Position numbers and translations under genes: made by a program. Source: an uncultured bacterium (lineage in GTDB: Bacteria > Armatimonadota > Hebobacteria > Hebobacterales > Hebobacteraceae). From it: 64,000 nucleotides of DNA. Location of the stretch: positions 23,408 to 87,407 of the forward strand of contig CAZLHI010000004.1 of assembly GCA_964559435.1 (NCBI GenBank), in the 5' to 3' direction. Under the pieces are notes generated by a model. It searched no databases. It saw only the letters and a list, made by a program, of their open reading frames with translations, and was not told the DNA's origin. This document shows, piece by piece, positions 1 through 10,311 of the stretch (position 1 is the first letter of the stretch; each line of letters starts with the position of its first letter).

Positions 1-787
1 CGTTGGGAGCCCATCCCGAGCACCCGGAGGTGATGCAGAAGTAGTCTCCCTCGTGCTTGAGGACGGCCGGCGCCTCCCGGCTCCGGCCTACCAACGCTCG
101 TACATACTCGCCGCTCGGCGACAGGTAATCATCCGACAGGCGGGCGATGTACATCGTCCTGTTCCACTCGGAGGCATGGAAGAGATAAGCCGCGCCGTCA
201 TCATCCTTGAACACCGTCATATCGCGGCTGTCGGCATCGTTCGGACGGAAGCTCCCCAGATACTCGTAGGGGCCGGTCGGCGAGCCGCTCCGCGCCACCC
301 CCACCCGGGCGGCCGTATAGTCGGGGCTGTCGATGTGCATCCACATGACATAGGCGCGCGTCTTCTCGTTGAAGATGACCTTGGGCCGCTCGACCACGCC
401 GCTCGGATGGAGATCGTGGTCCGGGTCATCCTGCACGGCCGGCAGGACGAGGCCTTCGTTCTTCCAGTTGAAGAGGTCGCCGGACGAATAGCAGCGCACA
501 CCAACCACGTCCACACGATGCCCAACGACGGATGTCGCGCGCGTCGGCGCGCTCTTGTCTTCGCCGAACCAGTAGTAGGTCCCGCGGTCGTGGAGCATCC
601 CACCCCCGTGCGCCTGGATCGGGTGGCCATCGGTATCGAGCCATACTTCACCCGGTCGGAATCTCTCGCTCATAGAATCCCCTGATCCTGCGGCGCTCCG
701 TCGCCCCATGCCAAGGGCCGCGCCGATCACTCCCGTCGCTGCTGCTGCTCCGAGCTTCAGGAAGTCTCGTCGGCGGATTCGGATCAC
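1..787 (-). CDS. Glycoside hydrolase family 43-like (5-bladed beta-propeller) protein with a twin-arginine signal peptide. The 3' end lies beyond the window start; the GTG start overlaps the thuA stop (GTGA).
   Basis: My own minus-strand translation from 787 gives [26 protein letters not shown]...[40 protein letters not shown]. The RRxFLK Tat motif and the DTDG..I.AHGG / YYWFGE N-terminal signature are typical of GH43/GH32-superfamily propellers. The ORF is missing from the track because it runs off the window edge. Confidence 0.55.
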   Translation of the reverse strand, partial: MIRIRRRDFLKLGAAAATGVIGAALGMGRRSAAGSGDSMSERFRPGEVWLDTDGHPIQAHGGGMLHDRGTYYWFGEDKSAPTRATSVVGHRVDVVGVRCYSSGDLFNWKNEGLVLPAVQDDPDHDLHPSGVVERPKVIFNEKTRAYVMWMHIDSPDYTAARVGVARSGSPTGPYEYLGSFRPNDADSRDMTVFKDDDGAAYLFHASEWNRTMYIARLSDDYLSPSGEYVRALVGRSREAPAVLKHEGDYFCITSGCSGWAPN

Positions 788-1524
788 TTCTCTCTGGGGA
801 TGCGCTCCAGCGCTTTCACGTTGGGCGCGTCGGCCGTGGACATGCGAACTCGCGGAGCCGCCCATCTCACCGCGTTTGTGATGACGCGCAGCACGTTCTC
901 GTCGTAGAAGATCGGAAGCGTTTCATGGCCCGGCCGGAAGTAGAAGATCCGGCCGTGCCCGCGCTGCCAGCAGCAGCCGCTCCGGAACACCTCTCCGCCC
1001 TGGAACCACGACATGAATACTACCTTGTCCGGAGTCGGGATGTCGAAGCGCTCGCCGTACATCTCCACGTGGGGCAGTTCGAAGTACTCGCCGATGCCCT
1101 CGGCAATGGGGTGGCCCGGCTCGATGTTCCACAGCCGCTCCTTCTCGTTCACCTCACGCCATTTGAGGGAGCAGTTGGTGCCCATCATCGTGCGGAAGAT
1201 CTTCGAGAAGTGCGCGGAGTGGAGGCAGATGAGCCCCATACCCGAGAGCACGTGCTCGCGAACGCGCGCCACCACCTCGTCTGACACTTCGTGATGGGCC
1301 ATGTGCCCCCACCAGATGATGACATCCGTGGCCTTCAGCACCTTCTCCGGCAGGCCATGCTCGGGCTCGTCCAGCGTCGCGGTCCCGGCCTCGATCCCCT
1401 CCTGGGCGTTGAGATGGTCGGCGATGGCCGCGTGTATGCCCTTCGGATAGACCTTCCTGACTGCCTCGTCCGTTTTCTCATGTCGAAACTCATTCCAGAC
1501 GATCACCTTTACAGAGTCACTCAT
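784..1524 (-). CDS. ThuA-family (trehalose-utilisation-like, class I glutamine amidotransferase-like fold) protein.
   Basis: The 246-aa ORF contains the ThuA-like signature [13 protein letters not shown]...[27 protein letters not shown]. Its stop overlaps the downstream GH43-like start. Confidence 0.8.
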   Translation of the reverse strand: MSDSVKVIVWNEFRHEKTDEAVRKVYPKGIHAAIADHLNAQEGIEAGTATLDEPEHGLPEKVLKATDVIIWWGHMAHHEVSDEVVARVREHVLSGMGLICLHSAHFSKIFRTMMGTNCSLKWREVNEKERLWNIEPGHPIAEGIGEYFELPHVEMYGERFDIPTPDKVVFMSWFQGGEVFRSGCCWQRGHGRIFYFRPGHETLPIFYDENVLRVITNAVRWAAPRVRMSTADAPNVKALERIPREK

Positions 1525-1977
1525 CCCACTTCATGCCTTTCTGTCGTCGATTAGTGAGGCAGACCCGCGCTCTGCGTCGGCGCGCCGCTCCCCGGCAGAG
1601 AAGCTGTTTCCGCGAGGTGCCGTGGGCCGATCAGGGCGCTGTGTTCCCTTCCGTGGTCGCATATCCTTCTGGGTGGCAAGAAGGCCGAAGATGAGACGCG
1701 CCAGCGGAGCCTGCCGACGGCTAGGCTCCGCTGGCAACGTCACTAATGCGTGACGGACGGGGCGAGGTAAGTAGCCTGATCGAGCTGTCATCCAGCTCAT
1801 ACCATTCGGTTCTTACAATTGTAAGACGAAACAAGTACCAATCACATTCCCTCTGATCTGGCCCCTCAGGTAGCATCCAGCGCCATTCCACGCAGAGGAG
1901 CCCCTTCGCCGCTGTTGAACAGCTATTACCGCGGGGAGACGGGGGCCTGAGGCCGATGAAGGGCCCGAGAACGGGAA

Positions 1978-3465
1978 ATGCGCAGAGGTCTTCTGCTTCT
2001 GGTGGCCTTCCTGTCGGGCGCCATTCTCATGGCGCTCGAACTGGTGGGGTTTCGTGTCTTAGCGCCCTCCTTCGGCGGCGCCATATTCGTATGGGGCAGC
2101 CTCATAGGTGTGTTTCTGGCCGCCCTCAGTATCGGGTACTACTTGGGAGGGCGGCTCGTAGACCGCTGGCCCAGCTCTGGGGTTCTCGCCGCCATGTTGC
2201 TGTTGTCTGCCGCGCTCGTGTTCCTGCTGCCGCGCTACGGGCCCGCCACAGCCGACGCCATCTCGCTGCGATACGCCGACACGCGCGCTGGGTCTTTGAT
2301 CACGTGCATGATCCTATTCTTCCTGCCTGGTACGCTGATGGCCGTCACTTCGCCCTTCGTGATTCGACTCACGGCGCGTAGACTCGATGAGGTGGGCCGC
2401 GCTGCGGGCGCCGTGTACGCCGTTTCGACGATCGGCAGTATCGTGGGGACGCTCGGCACGGCCTTCTACCTCATCCCCGCGATCGGGACGCGAGCCATTC
2501 TCTATCTGCTGGGAGCAAGCCTCGTGCTGACTGGGCTCCTCTGTCTCTCCGTGACGCGGCGCCGGGTCGGCTCCGCAGCGGCCATCGTGTTCCTGCTCCT
2601 GCTGATTCCCCACCCGAGCCACGCTAAGGAGCGGATACTGCTGGAGCGCGATAGCTCCTATCATCGGCTGTTCGTCACTGAGGAAGGTCACTACCGCTGG
2701 CTTCGCGCCGACAATATCTGGCACACGCAGATGGACTTGCGGGACCCCCACGGCCGCGGCCTGCCCTACTCCGATTACGTGGACCTCGCGTTTCTCTTGA
2801 ACCCAAACATCCGCCGCGTGTTGGTGATCGGATTGGGTGGCGGAACCGTGCCAAAGCGATTCGTGCGAGACTACCCCGAAGTGACCGTCGACGCGGTGGA
2901 GATCGATCCCGCGGTCATCAGGATCGCTCGCCAGTACTTCGATGTAGAGCCGGGACCCCGGCTCAAGATACATGAGGCCGACGGGCGCCAGTTCCTGCGC
3001 CGCACCCGGCAGACCTGGGACATGATCCTCCTGGACGCCTATTACGCCGATACGGTCCCGTTTTTCCTGACAACGCGGGAGTTCTTCACCATCGCCAAGA
3101 GCCGACTGAATCCAGGCGGGATCCTTGTCAACAACGTTGTCGGCCGGGTTAGCGGGCCCAGGAGCAAGTTCTTCCGCTCAGTGTACAAGACGATGGACGA
3201 AGTCTTCCCTCAAATGTGCGCCTTCGAGGTGGAGGACAGCGGCGCCGTCTGGATCAACATCGAGGTCTTCGGCATCAACGCCAGCCGAAGCTTCTCGCTG
3301 GCGGAGCTGCGAAGGCGAGCCGCACAGCTTCAGGGCAAGCTCATCAAAGATGACAAGCTGACAGAGCACTTGGGCGGCTATCTTCCCCAGCCGGTGGTGA
3401 CGGGTGATGTCCCTGTGCTCACCGACGACTACGCGCCGGTGGACGCCTTGATTCATCTGTGGTGA
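1978..3465 (+). CDS. Fused polytopic membrane domain / spermidine synthase-like (polyamine aminopropyltransferase family) protein.
   Basis: The N-terminal ~210 aa form multiple hydrophobic helices. The C-terminal part has the class I methyltransferase/spermidine synthase fold motifs VLVIGLGGGT...VDAVEIDPAVI...HEADGRQFL...DMILLDAY. Confidence 0.8.
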   Translation: MRRGLLLLVAFLSGAILMALELVGFRVLAPSFGGAIFVWGSLIGVFLAALSIGYYLGGRLVDRWPSSGVLAAMLLLSAALVFLLPRYGPATADAISLRYADTRAGSLITCMILFFLPGTLMAVTSPFVIRLTARRLDEVGRAAGAVYAVSTIGSIVGTLGTAFYLIPAIGTRAILYLLGASLVLTGLLCLSVTRRRVGSAAAIVFLLLLIPHPSHAKERILLERDSSYHRLFVTEEGHYRWLRADNIWHTQMDLRDPHGRGLPYSDYVDLAFLLNPNIRRVLVIGLGGGTVPKRFVRDYPEVTVDAVEIDPAVIRIARQYFDVEPGPRLKIHEADGRQFLRRTRQTWDMILLDAYYADTVPFFLTTREFFTIAKSRLNPGGILVNNVVGRVSGPRSKFFRSVYKTMDEVFPQMCAFEVEDSGAVWINIEVFGINASRSFSLAELRRRAAQLQGKLIKDDKLTEHLGGYLPQPVVTGDVPVLTDDYAPVDALIHLW

Positions 3466-3570
3466 GAGGACGCAAGCACGGCCCGGAGCAGTGGGGGCAC
3501 ACGAGGTCCCGCCGAACGAGGGTCTCGGCAGCGCGATACCGAAGCAGTGAAGCTCTTTCTCCACGCACTG

Positions 3571-6429
3571 TCAGCCACGCCAGCCGAGAAAGGCGCGGGC
3601 GATGTAGACTGCCATCTGATCCCGAGTGACCGGCCAAGTCGGCCGGTACAAACCGTCAGGATAGCCCTCGATAACAGGGTGCTCGTCAGAGAGAAACTCC
3701 ACGTGGCGATAGCACCAGTAGCCAGAGGGCACGTCGTCGAAGGTGGGGGCGGGCGGGGGCTCGTAGTCCGCGAGCCCTTCCTCCCCGCGGGGCACGACGA
3801 CGGCGCGCGCGATGAAGACGGCCATCTGCCCACGGGTGACATCCCATTCGGGGTGGTAGTTCTGCTCGCCATAGCCTTCCACGATGTTCTCGGCCGCCAC
3901 CCCTTCGATGCTCTCGTAGGCCCAGTGGTCGAGCGGCACGTCCGGGAAGGTGGGCTCATCCGGCGGGGCGGGCACGCCCCCGATGGCCCGGGCGATGAAC
4001 ACCGCCATCTGATCGCGGGTGACGACCACGTTCGGCCGATAATAGCCGTTGGGGTAGCCCTCGACGATGTAGCCAGCCCAGCAGTTGAGGATGGGGGCGT
4101 AGGCCCAGTGGTCCTCCGGGACATCGGGGAAGGTCTTGAGCTGATAGTGGGCGGTCACAGTGTGGTCTTCGTCCATCGTGACAGCGATTGAGGTGGCGAA
4201 ACCAGACTGCTCCCCTGGCTGGGTTACCCCATCGACGTCCCAGTGCGTGAAGAAGTGGAAGGTGGCACGGGCAGGCATGCTGATGGTGACCGTCTCATCG
4301 TAGTCGTAGGTGAAGGCGCAGTCGGTCATGCCCCAGTCGCGCCCGTCGAGGTCCGCGGGCGTGACATAGACCTCCGTGTAGGAGACCGGCGTGGCGCGCA
4401 CCGTGAGCGTGCGCGTGTCCGGGTGCAGCCTCCATTCGTGGGCGCCGCGGTCGGGGGCCGCGCCGGAGGGCACCGTGCCACCCCAGAAGTCGAGGCCGCC
4501 GGCGCCTGGGATGGTCAGGCCGCTGTCAATACACGGGGAGTTGGGCTGGAGCTTGTAGCCGGAGCAGGTGTCGCGACCTATGCCGGCGCCGCCCGGGGCG
4601 GCGAGCAGCGGGTCATCGGTGAGCTTGTGGAGGTCGTCCGGCTCGCCGGGAGGGTGGTTGCCGAAGAAGACGTTGGAGTCGAAGAGGTTGTTGGTGCTCA
4701 AGGCGAAGATGTAGTCTCCGCTCCCGAGGTCGTAGAAGATGTTGTTGTAGAAGCGGGTGTCGTCGGCGTACCCGCCCCAGGAGGTGTGGATGATGGGATC
4801 GACCGACATGCCCTCGCCGATGTAGATCGTGTTGTTGTAGACAGCGGTGTTGGTGGTGGGGCCGGCGATATGGAAAGCGCGGGTGAGGTCGTTCTGGCTG
4901 ATGTTGTAGCGGACGATGGTGCCGTCGTTGAAGCCGCTATAGGTGCCGTTGGCGCAGATGAGGCAGAACCCGCCCTCATTGTCGTGGCTGTAGTTGTATT
5001 GGATGATGGTGTTGTGAGAGAACCAGTCGCTGTCGAACCCCTCGCCGTCGTTGGTGCCCCGGGTGAGATAGGCCTCGTTGTATTGGATGACGGCGTTATC
5101 GCAGTCCCACGGCCAGATGGCCACGCAGTAGCGGCCGGAGCGCATGTTGCAGTCCTTGGCGACGTTGTACTCGACGAGGGGGCCGTCGCAGACCGTCGGC
5201 ACGATGCCGTCCCCCCCGATGTCGTCCACGGAGTTGCTCATGATTTCAACGTTGATGCTCGGCACCCACGAGCCGAGGATGCCGGCGGGAAGATTGCGGT
5301 CCCACCACCAGGAGGAGAGCCAGATGCCGGAGCGGTCCACGCCGCGCACGGTGCAGCCGCCGACGAAGACGCCGTTCCACCAGGTCTCCTTCGACAGCCC
5401 TCGGATGTCGAAGATGATGCCGCCGTTGGCCTTGTGGGAGTCATCGAGGAGGCCGTTGACGTCGTGCACGTCGAGGCCGCTCAGGTTTATGCTGTGCAGG
5501 GCTCCGGCGTCCTCACCGATCACCCAGGCGCCGTAACGAGCGCGAGGGAAAGTTCCGTAGTTGATCAGCTCGAGGCCCCACACCATCCAGTATTCCTGGT
5601 TGAAGAGGCGAAACGGAGCGGTGACGGTCCCGCCGCCGTCGATGAGTGGCAAGGGGCCGCTCCAGTCGCTCTGCAGGATAATCTGATTCCCCGCAGCGCC
5701 TGAGCCCATCGGATCGAGCTGTCCGTTCCACACGCACCCTGACTTGAGGACGATGCGGTCGCCGGGAGCGAATACGACGCTGTTAACCTTGTCGAGTGTG
5801 CGCCACGCCGATTCCGGACTGGTACCCGTGCTGGCGTCATCGCCGTCGATCGAATCAACGTAGTAAGTGGTGTTGCCCGGCGAGAACTCGAGATCGGGTC
5901 CGACGAAGGAGAAGTCGTCGACATAGAGGTAGCCAGGCCCATCGTTCTTCCAGGCAAAGACGCGCATCCAGTCGATGGTGTCGGAGGTCGTGAACTCGAC
6001 TTCTTTGTACGTGTAGACGCTCTCGGTGAACTCGACGCCAGGGGTGAAGCGGTTGCCGTAGATATCGTAGTATTCGACGCCGACCCAACCGACCTCGCCG
6101 GCGACACTGACCATCCCCCACGCGCCCACTCTGTAGGTGGTGTTGGCTCTCGGCTTCCCGTGCGTCTGGGCGCGGCCACCGGTTTCGGGACCGATTTTGA
6201 GAGACCAAGAGCCGGTGTGCGGGTTCTCCGGCACAGCCTGGGCGCTGGGGTAGGGCTCCGCCACGCCCCACGAGGCATAGCCTCCCCAGCCGTCATTACG
6301 GCTCTCGAAGCCGGGGTTGGCAAGCAGGTTGCCTGACCAAGCATGAGCCGGAGAGAGCGAAGCAACCAGCGACAGCAACGCTGCAGCGACGCCGAGCGAC
6401 ACGCGCAGCCAGTCGACTCGACGGAGCAT
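3571..6429 (-). CDS. Large secreted SLH-domain cell-surface protein. Domain order: signal peptide, CBM4/9-like module, right-handed parallel beta-helix (pectate-lyase-like), beta-sandwich, then three C-terminal S-layer homology repeats.
   Basis: Signal peptide MLRRVDWLRVSLGVAAALLSLVASLSPAHA. CBM4_9-like block NLLANPGFE..GW. Repetitive beta-helix block NNTIYIGEG...YNNIFYDL...NVFFGN. C-terminal SLH repeats FPDVP.DHWAY..I...V.GYPDG.YRP...VTRDQMAVFIARA, present three times. The start was chosen at the internal ATG at 6429; the track start is 6468. Confidence 0.85.
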   Translation of the reverse strand: MLRRVDWLRVSLGVAAALLSLVASLSPAHAWSGNLLANPGFESRNDGWGGYASWGVAEPYPSAQAVPENPHTGSWSLKIGPETGGRAQTHGKPRANTTYRVGAWGMVSVAGEVGWVGVEYYDIYGNRFTPGVEFTESVYTYKEVEFTTSDTIDWMRVFAWKNDGPGYLYVDDFSFVGPDLEFSPGNTTYYVDSIDGDDASTGTSPESAWRTLDKVNSVVFAPGDRIVLKSGCVWNGQLDPMGSGAAGNQIILQSDWSGPLPLIDGGGTVTAPFRLFNQEYWMVWGLELINYGTFPRARYGAWVIGEDAGALHSINLSGLDVHDVNGLLDDSHKANGGIIFDIRGLSKETWWNGVFVGGCTVRGVDRSGIWLSSWWWDRNLPAGILGSWVPSINVEIMSNSVDDIGGDGIVPTVCDGPLVEYNVAKDCNMRSGRYCVAIWPWDCDNAVIQYNEAYLTRGTNDGEGFDSDWFSHNTIIQYNYSHDNEGGFCLICANGTYSGFNDGTIVRYNISQNDLTRAFHIAGPTTNTAVYNNTIYIGEGMSVDPIIHTSWGGYADDTRFYNNIFYDLGSGDYIFALSTNNLFDSNVFFGNHPPGEPDDLHKLTDDPLLAAPGGAGIGRDTCSGYKLQPNSPCIDSGLTIPGAGGLDFWGGTVPSGAAPDRGAHEWRLHPDTRTLTVRATPVSYTEVYVTPADLDGRDWGMTDCAFTYDYDETVTISMPARATFHFFTHWDVDGVTQPGEQSGFATSIAVTMDEDHTVTAHYQLKTFPDVPEDHWAYAPILNCWAGYIVEGYPNGYYRPNVVVTRDQMAVFIARAIGGVPAPPDEPTFPDVPLDHWAYESIEGVAAENIVEGYGEQNYHPEWDVTRGQMAVFIARAVVVPRGEEGLADYEPPPAPTFDDVPSGYWCYRHVEFLSDEHPVIEGYPDGLYRPTWPVTRDQMAVYIARAFLGWRG

Positions 6430-6484
6430 TCGAGCACCGCCACGACCGCGCGCCACGGGGCCAATCATGAGCTGCCTCCTCTCC

Positions 6485-7670
6485 CTACTCTACTGCTCGC
6501 CGCGACTGCACCTTGGCAGGATCTATCTCGATCCCGAGACCGGGCTTGTCAGGAGGCCGGATGACCCCCGATTCCGGCTGGAGGAATCCCTTCATGAACC
6601 GCTGCTTGTGTCGCTGATGGAGTATGAGGAATTCGACCTGTGGCAGGACCGGCTGCGGAAGGGCCGCGGCCGCGTGTAGCGCAGCGTGAAGCGAGTGGCC
6701 GTGCGGGCAGAGCGGCACATCGTAGGCCGAGCAAAGCGCGGCTATCTTCACGAGTTCGCTGATACCGCCGCACCAGTCGGGATCGGCCTGAATCACGTCG
6801 GCCGCGCTTGCGTCGAGGATTTGCTTGACCTGCCAACGGGTGTACAGGTGTTCCCCTGTCGCGATTGGGATGCCGCTGCTCTCCCGGATTCTCCGCAGCC
6901 CTTCGATCCGGTTCACCGGCACCGGCTCTTCCAGCCATGCGGGCCGGAAAGGCGCGATCCGGCGGCCCATATCGATTGCGTAGGGAACGTCCCAGGAGTT
7001 GAACGCATCGAACATCAGCGCTACATCCTCCCCCACCGCCTCTCTGAGAGTCCGCGCCGTCGCCACATTCTTCGCCGCCCCCTCGTTGCCATCAGCCGGA
7101 CCATAGCGGAAGAACCACTTTTGCGCGCGGTAGCCAAGCTGCTTGTACTCCTGCGCTCGCCGAGCAAGTGCATCCGATTCAAGGGAGAACCCGAGCATGC
7201 TCGCATAGGCGTTGACAGGGCCCTGTACCGGCCCGCCGAGCAGCCGGTACACCGGCTGTCCCAGCACCTTTCCTTTGAGGTCCCACAGAGCGCAGTCCAG
7301 CGCGCTCATCGCCATCATGTAGTATCCGGCACGAGCATGGCGGTTCCGGCGCAGCAGCAGGTCCCAGATCTTCTCGATGGCAAGCGGATCACGCCCCAGC
7401 AAGAAATCCCTCATCTCCCGGCGCAGGATAATCGCATGGGCGCCGTCAACAGGGCCGAACAACCCCGTGACTCCCTCGTCGGTGCGCACCTCCAGGTAGG
7501 CCTCAGTCTGTTGGACCTTCTCCCCCGGCGCGCCGGCCGGCTCGAATGTGCGCGTGCCGCGGAACTCGGGATACACGTCGAGCGGCCTCGAACCCCGCTC
7601 GGCAGCCTGCACCTCGTCGGCCGGAAACTCTCCCGTCAGCTCGAGCAGCACAACATCCGAGATCTTCATG
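6485..7670 (-). CDS. Enolase-superfamily (mandelate racemase/muconate lactonizing enzyme family) sugar-acid dehydratase, for example rhamnonate/galactonate dehydratase-like.
   Basis: MR/MLE hallmarks include FDAFNSWD, WLEEP and IATGEH metal-ligand motifs. The start is set at MKISDVVLLEL (ATG 7670), preceded by GGAGGTG 5 nt upstream. The longer track ORF (7726) lacks an RBS. Confidence 0.85.
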
Positions 7671-7845
7671 CAGCACCTCCAGGAAGCAGCTCGCTCGCCA
7701 TTGGGCTTACCACACGGCGGTCGCATTTCCTATGCACGTGGGACGCTGAGCGAAGGATTGCGGTCGGCCCACGAGCTGGGCACGGAGACTGAAATGGCCT
7801 CGACGCGGCTCCCCATGTGGAAATGATATTGCGAGAGGTGAGTAG

Positions 7846-9087
7846 ATGGCGAAGACGACGTTCGTGCTGCCACTCATGCTGCTGGTCGCAAGCGGCCCGG
7901 TCGCTCTCTGCGCTGAAACCGACTTCGCCGCCATCGACGCCCACGCCCGGTCCGCGCCGCCGTCGGTGAGCCGGTCGATCGACTCTGTCGCCGCCTACCT
8001 GACAGCGCCGGCCCAGGATGACCGGGAGCGGGCGCGTGCGCTGTTCACGTGGATCGCGGTCAACGTGAACTACGACTCTTCGCTCCTGGGAAAGCCGCCC
8101 GATCCCGAGGTCGTGCTAGAGAAGCGACGTGCCGTCTGCGCCGGATACGCGGCGCTCTTCAAGGCGTTGGCGGAGGCGGCGGGTCTGGAAGCGCAGATCA
8201 TCCACGGATACGCCAAAGGCACAGGCCCCGAAGCGGCAATCGAATCCGATGGCCTTCTGACCCACGACTGGAACGCAGTGAGGATCGACGGAGAATGGAC
8301 ACTTCTCGACTGCACCTGGGGCGCGGGACGGCTGGACGAGCAGTATCGCTTCAGGAAACGATTCACCGAACACTATTTTCTTACGTCGCCGGAGATGCTC
8401 GTCTACGACCACTTCCCATTGGACGACAAGTGGCAGCTGCTTCGCGCGCCGATCTCCAAGGGGGAGTTCCTGGCCCGCGCTTGGGTGCAGCCGGCCTTCT
8501 TTGAGCACGACCTTCGCCTGGTCAGCCATGGGAGGAGCAAGATCGAAGCCGACGATTCTCTCGCCATCGTGATTGGGGCGCCCGAGGACACGCTAGTTCT
8601 GGCTTCCATGTCCCAAAACGGGTGGGGCCTGGAGGAAGGCCACACCTTTGCCCAAAGGGGCCCGGACGGATTCGTGATTCGTGCGGCTTTCCCCGCACCG
8701 GGCAACTACGTGCTGCGCATCTTCGCCCGCCGGCGGAATGCTCGCACACAGGAATACGAGTCCGCAGTCGACTACATCGTCCGTGCCAAGCGTTCGACGG
8801 ACAGGATCTTCCCCAAGATGTACGTATCCTTTCAAGAGCGAGGGTGCTATCTCACCTCTCCCATCTCGGGGATCCTGAAGGCGGACGCGCCCGTCGAGTT
8901 CCGAGTGCGGATCCCAGGCGCGGAGGATGTGGTGGTGGGCGTCAACGGCCTGGCGAGACATCTGGGGCGCGCAGGCGACGGAGCCTTCGCCGGCAAGGTG
9001 GTTGTTGAGAGGGGCCAGGCCGCCGTCTTCGGCCGCTTCCCCGGCAGCAAGAGGTACGAGGGTCTGCTGCTCTACGAAGTAAGATGA
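7846..9087 (+). CDS. Secreted transglutaminase-like cysteine protease superfamily protein.
   Basis: N-terminal signal peptide. The transglutaminase-core Cys motif RRAVCAGYAALFKAL is followed by His/Asp-containing blocks (THDWNAVRIDGEWTLLD). RBS GAGAGGTGAG precedes the ATG. Confidence 0.75.
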   Translation: MAKTTFVLPLMLLVASGPVALCAETDFAAIDAHARSAPPSVSRSIDSVAAYLTAPAQDDRERARALFTWIAVNVNYDSSLLGKPPDPEVVLEKRRAVCAGYAALFKALAEAAGLEAQIIHGYAKGTGPEAAIESDGLLTHDWNAVRIDGEWTLLDCTWGAGRLDEQYRFRKRFTEHYFLTSPEMLVYDHFPLDDKWQLLRAPISKGEFLARAWVQPAFFEHDLRLVSHGRSKIEADDSLAIVIGAPEDTLVLASMSQNGWGLEEGHTFAQRGPDGFVIRAAFPAPGNYVLRIFARRRNARTQEYESAVDYIVRAKRSTDRIFPKMYVSFQERGCYLTSPISGILKADAPVEFRVRIPGAEDVVVGVNGLARHLGRAGDGAFAGKVVVERGQAAVFGRFPGSKRYEGLLLYEVR

Positions 9088-9102
9088 GCGCAGTCTCGTT
9101 CA

Positions 9103-9702
9103 CTAGGCAGTCGGGTCGAACTCGCTCAGCGGCTGTTCCGCCCTAATGCGGCGAACGCTGGCACCGGCCTGGAGGACAACGATCCAGCCCTTCGGGTCCT
9201 TGCCCCAGATCGGCGCGTCTAGGTCGCGCTCCCACCGCTTCCCCCAGTGCCAATGGCACATCGCAAGAGGGGTGGAATCTCCCCATTTCCCCCGCCCATA
9301 GCGGGGCGGGGGCCGCCACCACCCCAGCTGGCGCGCGTATTTCCAATTGGGGAGGTACGTATAGCTCACACCTGAAGGAAGGTACAAGGGCCCTTCCATG
9401 TACTCATTGGGCTCATGGCGGCCGCCGGCCGGGTCGGCGGGGCAGACGAAGACAGCTGCATCCGGGCAGTAGGTCGGGTACAGCGTGGACAGGTGGGGGG
9501 CCAGCTCTCCGTTGTCAGCGACGTACATCAACATCGCCATGCCGATCTGACGAAGCTGGTTGATGCAGGAGGCTTGCTTTGCTCCGGCTTTGGCCTTCGC
9601 CAGCGTGGGGAACAGAAGGGCGACCAATGCGACTATGATCGCCGTGACGACAAGTGTCTCTACCAGCGTCAGGCCTGTGCCCGGTTGCCGGCGGCGCGGC
9701 AT
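9103..9702 (-). CDS. Prepilin-type N-terminal cleavage/methylation domain protein (pseudopilin-like).
   Basis: The N-terminus GTGLTLVETLVVTAIIVALVALLFP matches the type IV pilin class III signal (G|F/L-T-L-(I/V)-E). The C-terminus is Trp/His-rich (CHWHWGKRWERDLD) and is not a canonical H-X9-DG. Confidence 0.7.
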   Translation of the reverse strand: MPRRRQPGTGLTLVETLVVTAIIVALVALLFPTLAKAKAGAKQASCINQLRQIGMAMLMYVADNGELAPHLSTLYPTYCPDAAVFVCPADPAGGRHEPNEYMEGPLYLPSGVSYTYLPNWKYARQLGWWRPPPRYGRGKWGDSTPLAMCHWHWGKRWERDLDAPIWGKDPKGWIVVLQAGASVRRIRAEQPLSEFDPTA

Positions 9703-9857
9703 GCTTCACTATATCCCACAGGCGGCCGCGGCACAATAGGCAACTGCCTGCAAAGCTCAAGGCCCAGGCCCCGCCGCCACGGGACTCCGACCCGCCGGAG
9801 TTGCAGTCATCGGCTGCCCAGTGGGAACGTCATCCTCCCAGGCTGGGGACCCGCGGA

Positions 9858-10265
9858 CTAGGACTGACTATTCCGCTGCTCGCCCTCGGGCGGCGCTGGC
9901 GCCGGCTCAGCCGCCTCCGCCTCCGGTTCGGAGGGGACAGCTCCAGCTTGCTCAGGCGAGGGCCGGCGACCAGGTAGAGCAGCAAGTACGACAAGGCCCA
10001 GCACAGGGAGCAGCCCAAGCACGAGTCCCCAGAACGCGGTCTGGCCCTTCGACTTTGCGTAGATCTGATGGCCGCGCAGCCAGAACCCCACTCCGATGAG
10101 AGCGATCACCCCAACGATGATGCCCGCCACGCGGATGTCAAGGTTCACACTGTCGATGAGCGCGCCGAGGTTCTTGAGGAAGATGGCGATACCCACGATG
10201 ACGATGGCCCCGATAACGATGTAGAGGATCCCTCGCCCTGCCCGACCCACCGGTTGACTTCCCAT
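9858..10265 (-). CDS. Small membrane protein (two TM helices, acidic/Pro-rich tail), hypothetical.
   Basis: 135-aa ORF with two clear hydrophobic helices and codon usage matching the GC content. No recognisable family. Confidence 0.45.
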   Translation of the reverse strand: MGSQPVGRAGRGILYIVIGAIVIVGIAIFLKNLGALIDSVNLDIRVAGIIVGVIALIGVGFWLRGHQIYAKSKGQTAFWGLVLGLLPVLGLVVLAALPGRRPSPEQAGAVPSEPEAEAAEPAPAPPEGEQRNSQS

Positions 10266-10311
10266 GGTAGCATCTACCCTCCCGCCTAGCTAACTTCAGG
10301 AAGCTTCCCCC

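Noticed and set aside
53-685. 210-aa plus-strand ORF in the track
   Set aside because: It is antisense to the well-supported GH43-like frame, has no family signal, and is an artefact of the high GC content.
4243-5703. 486-aa plus-strand ORF and several 60-300-aa ORFs inside the SLH/beta-helix gene
   Set aside because: These are antisense shadow ORFs. Their composition is Gly/Ala/Val/Asp-rich and repetitive, typical of reverse-strand reading of a GC-rich gene.
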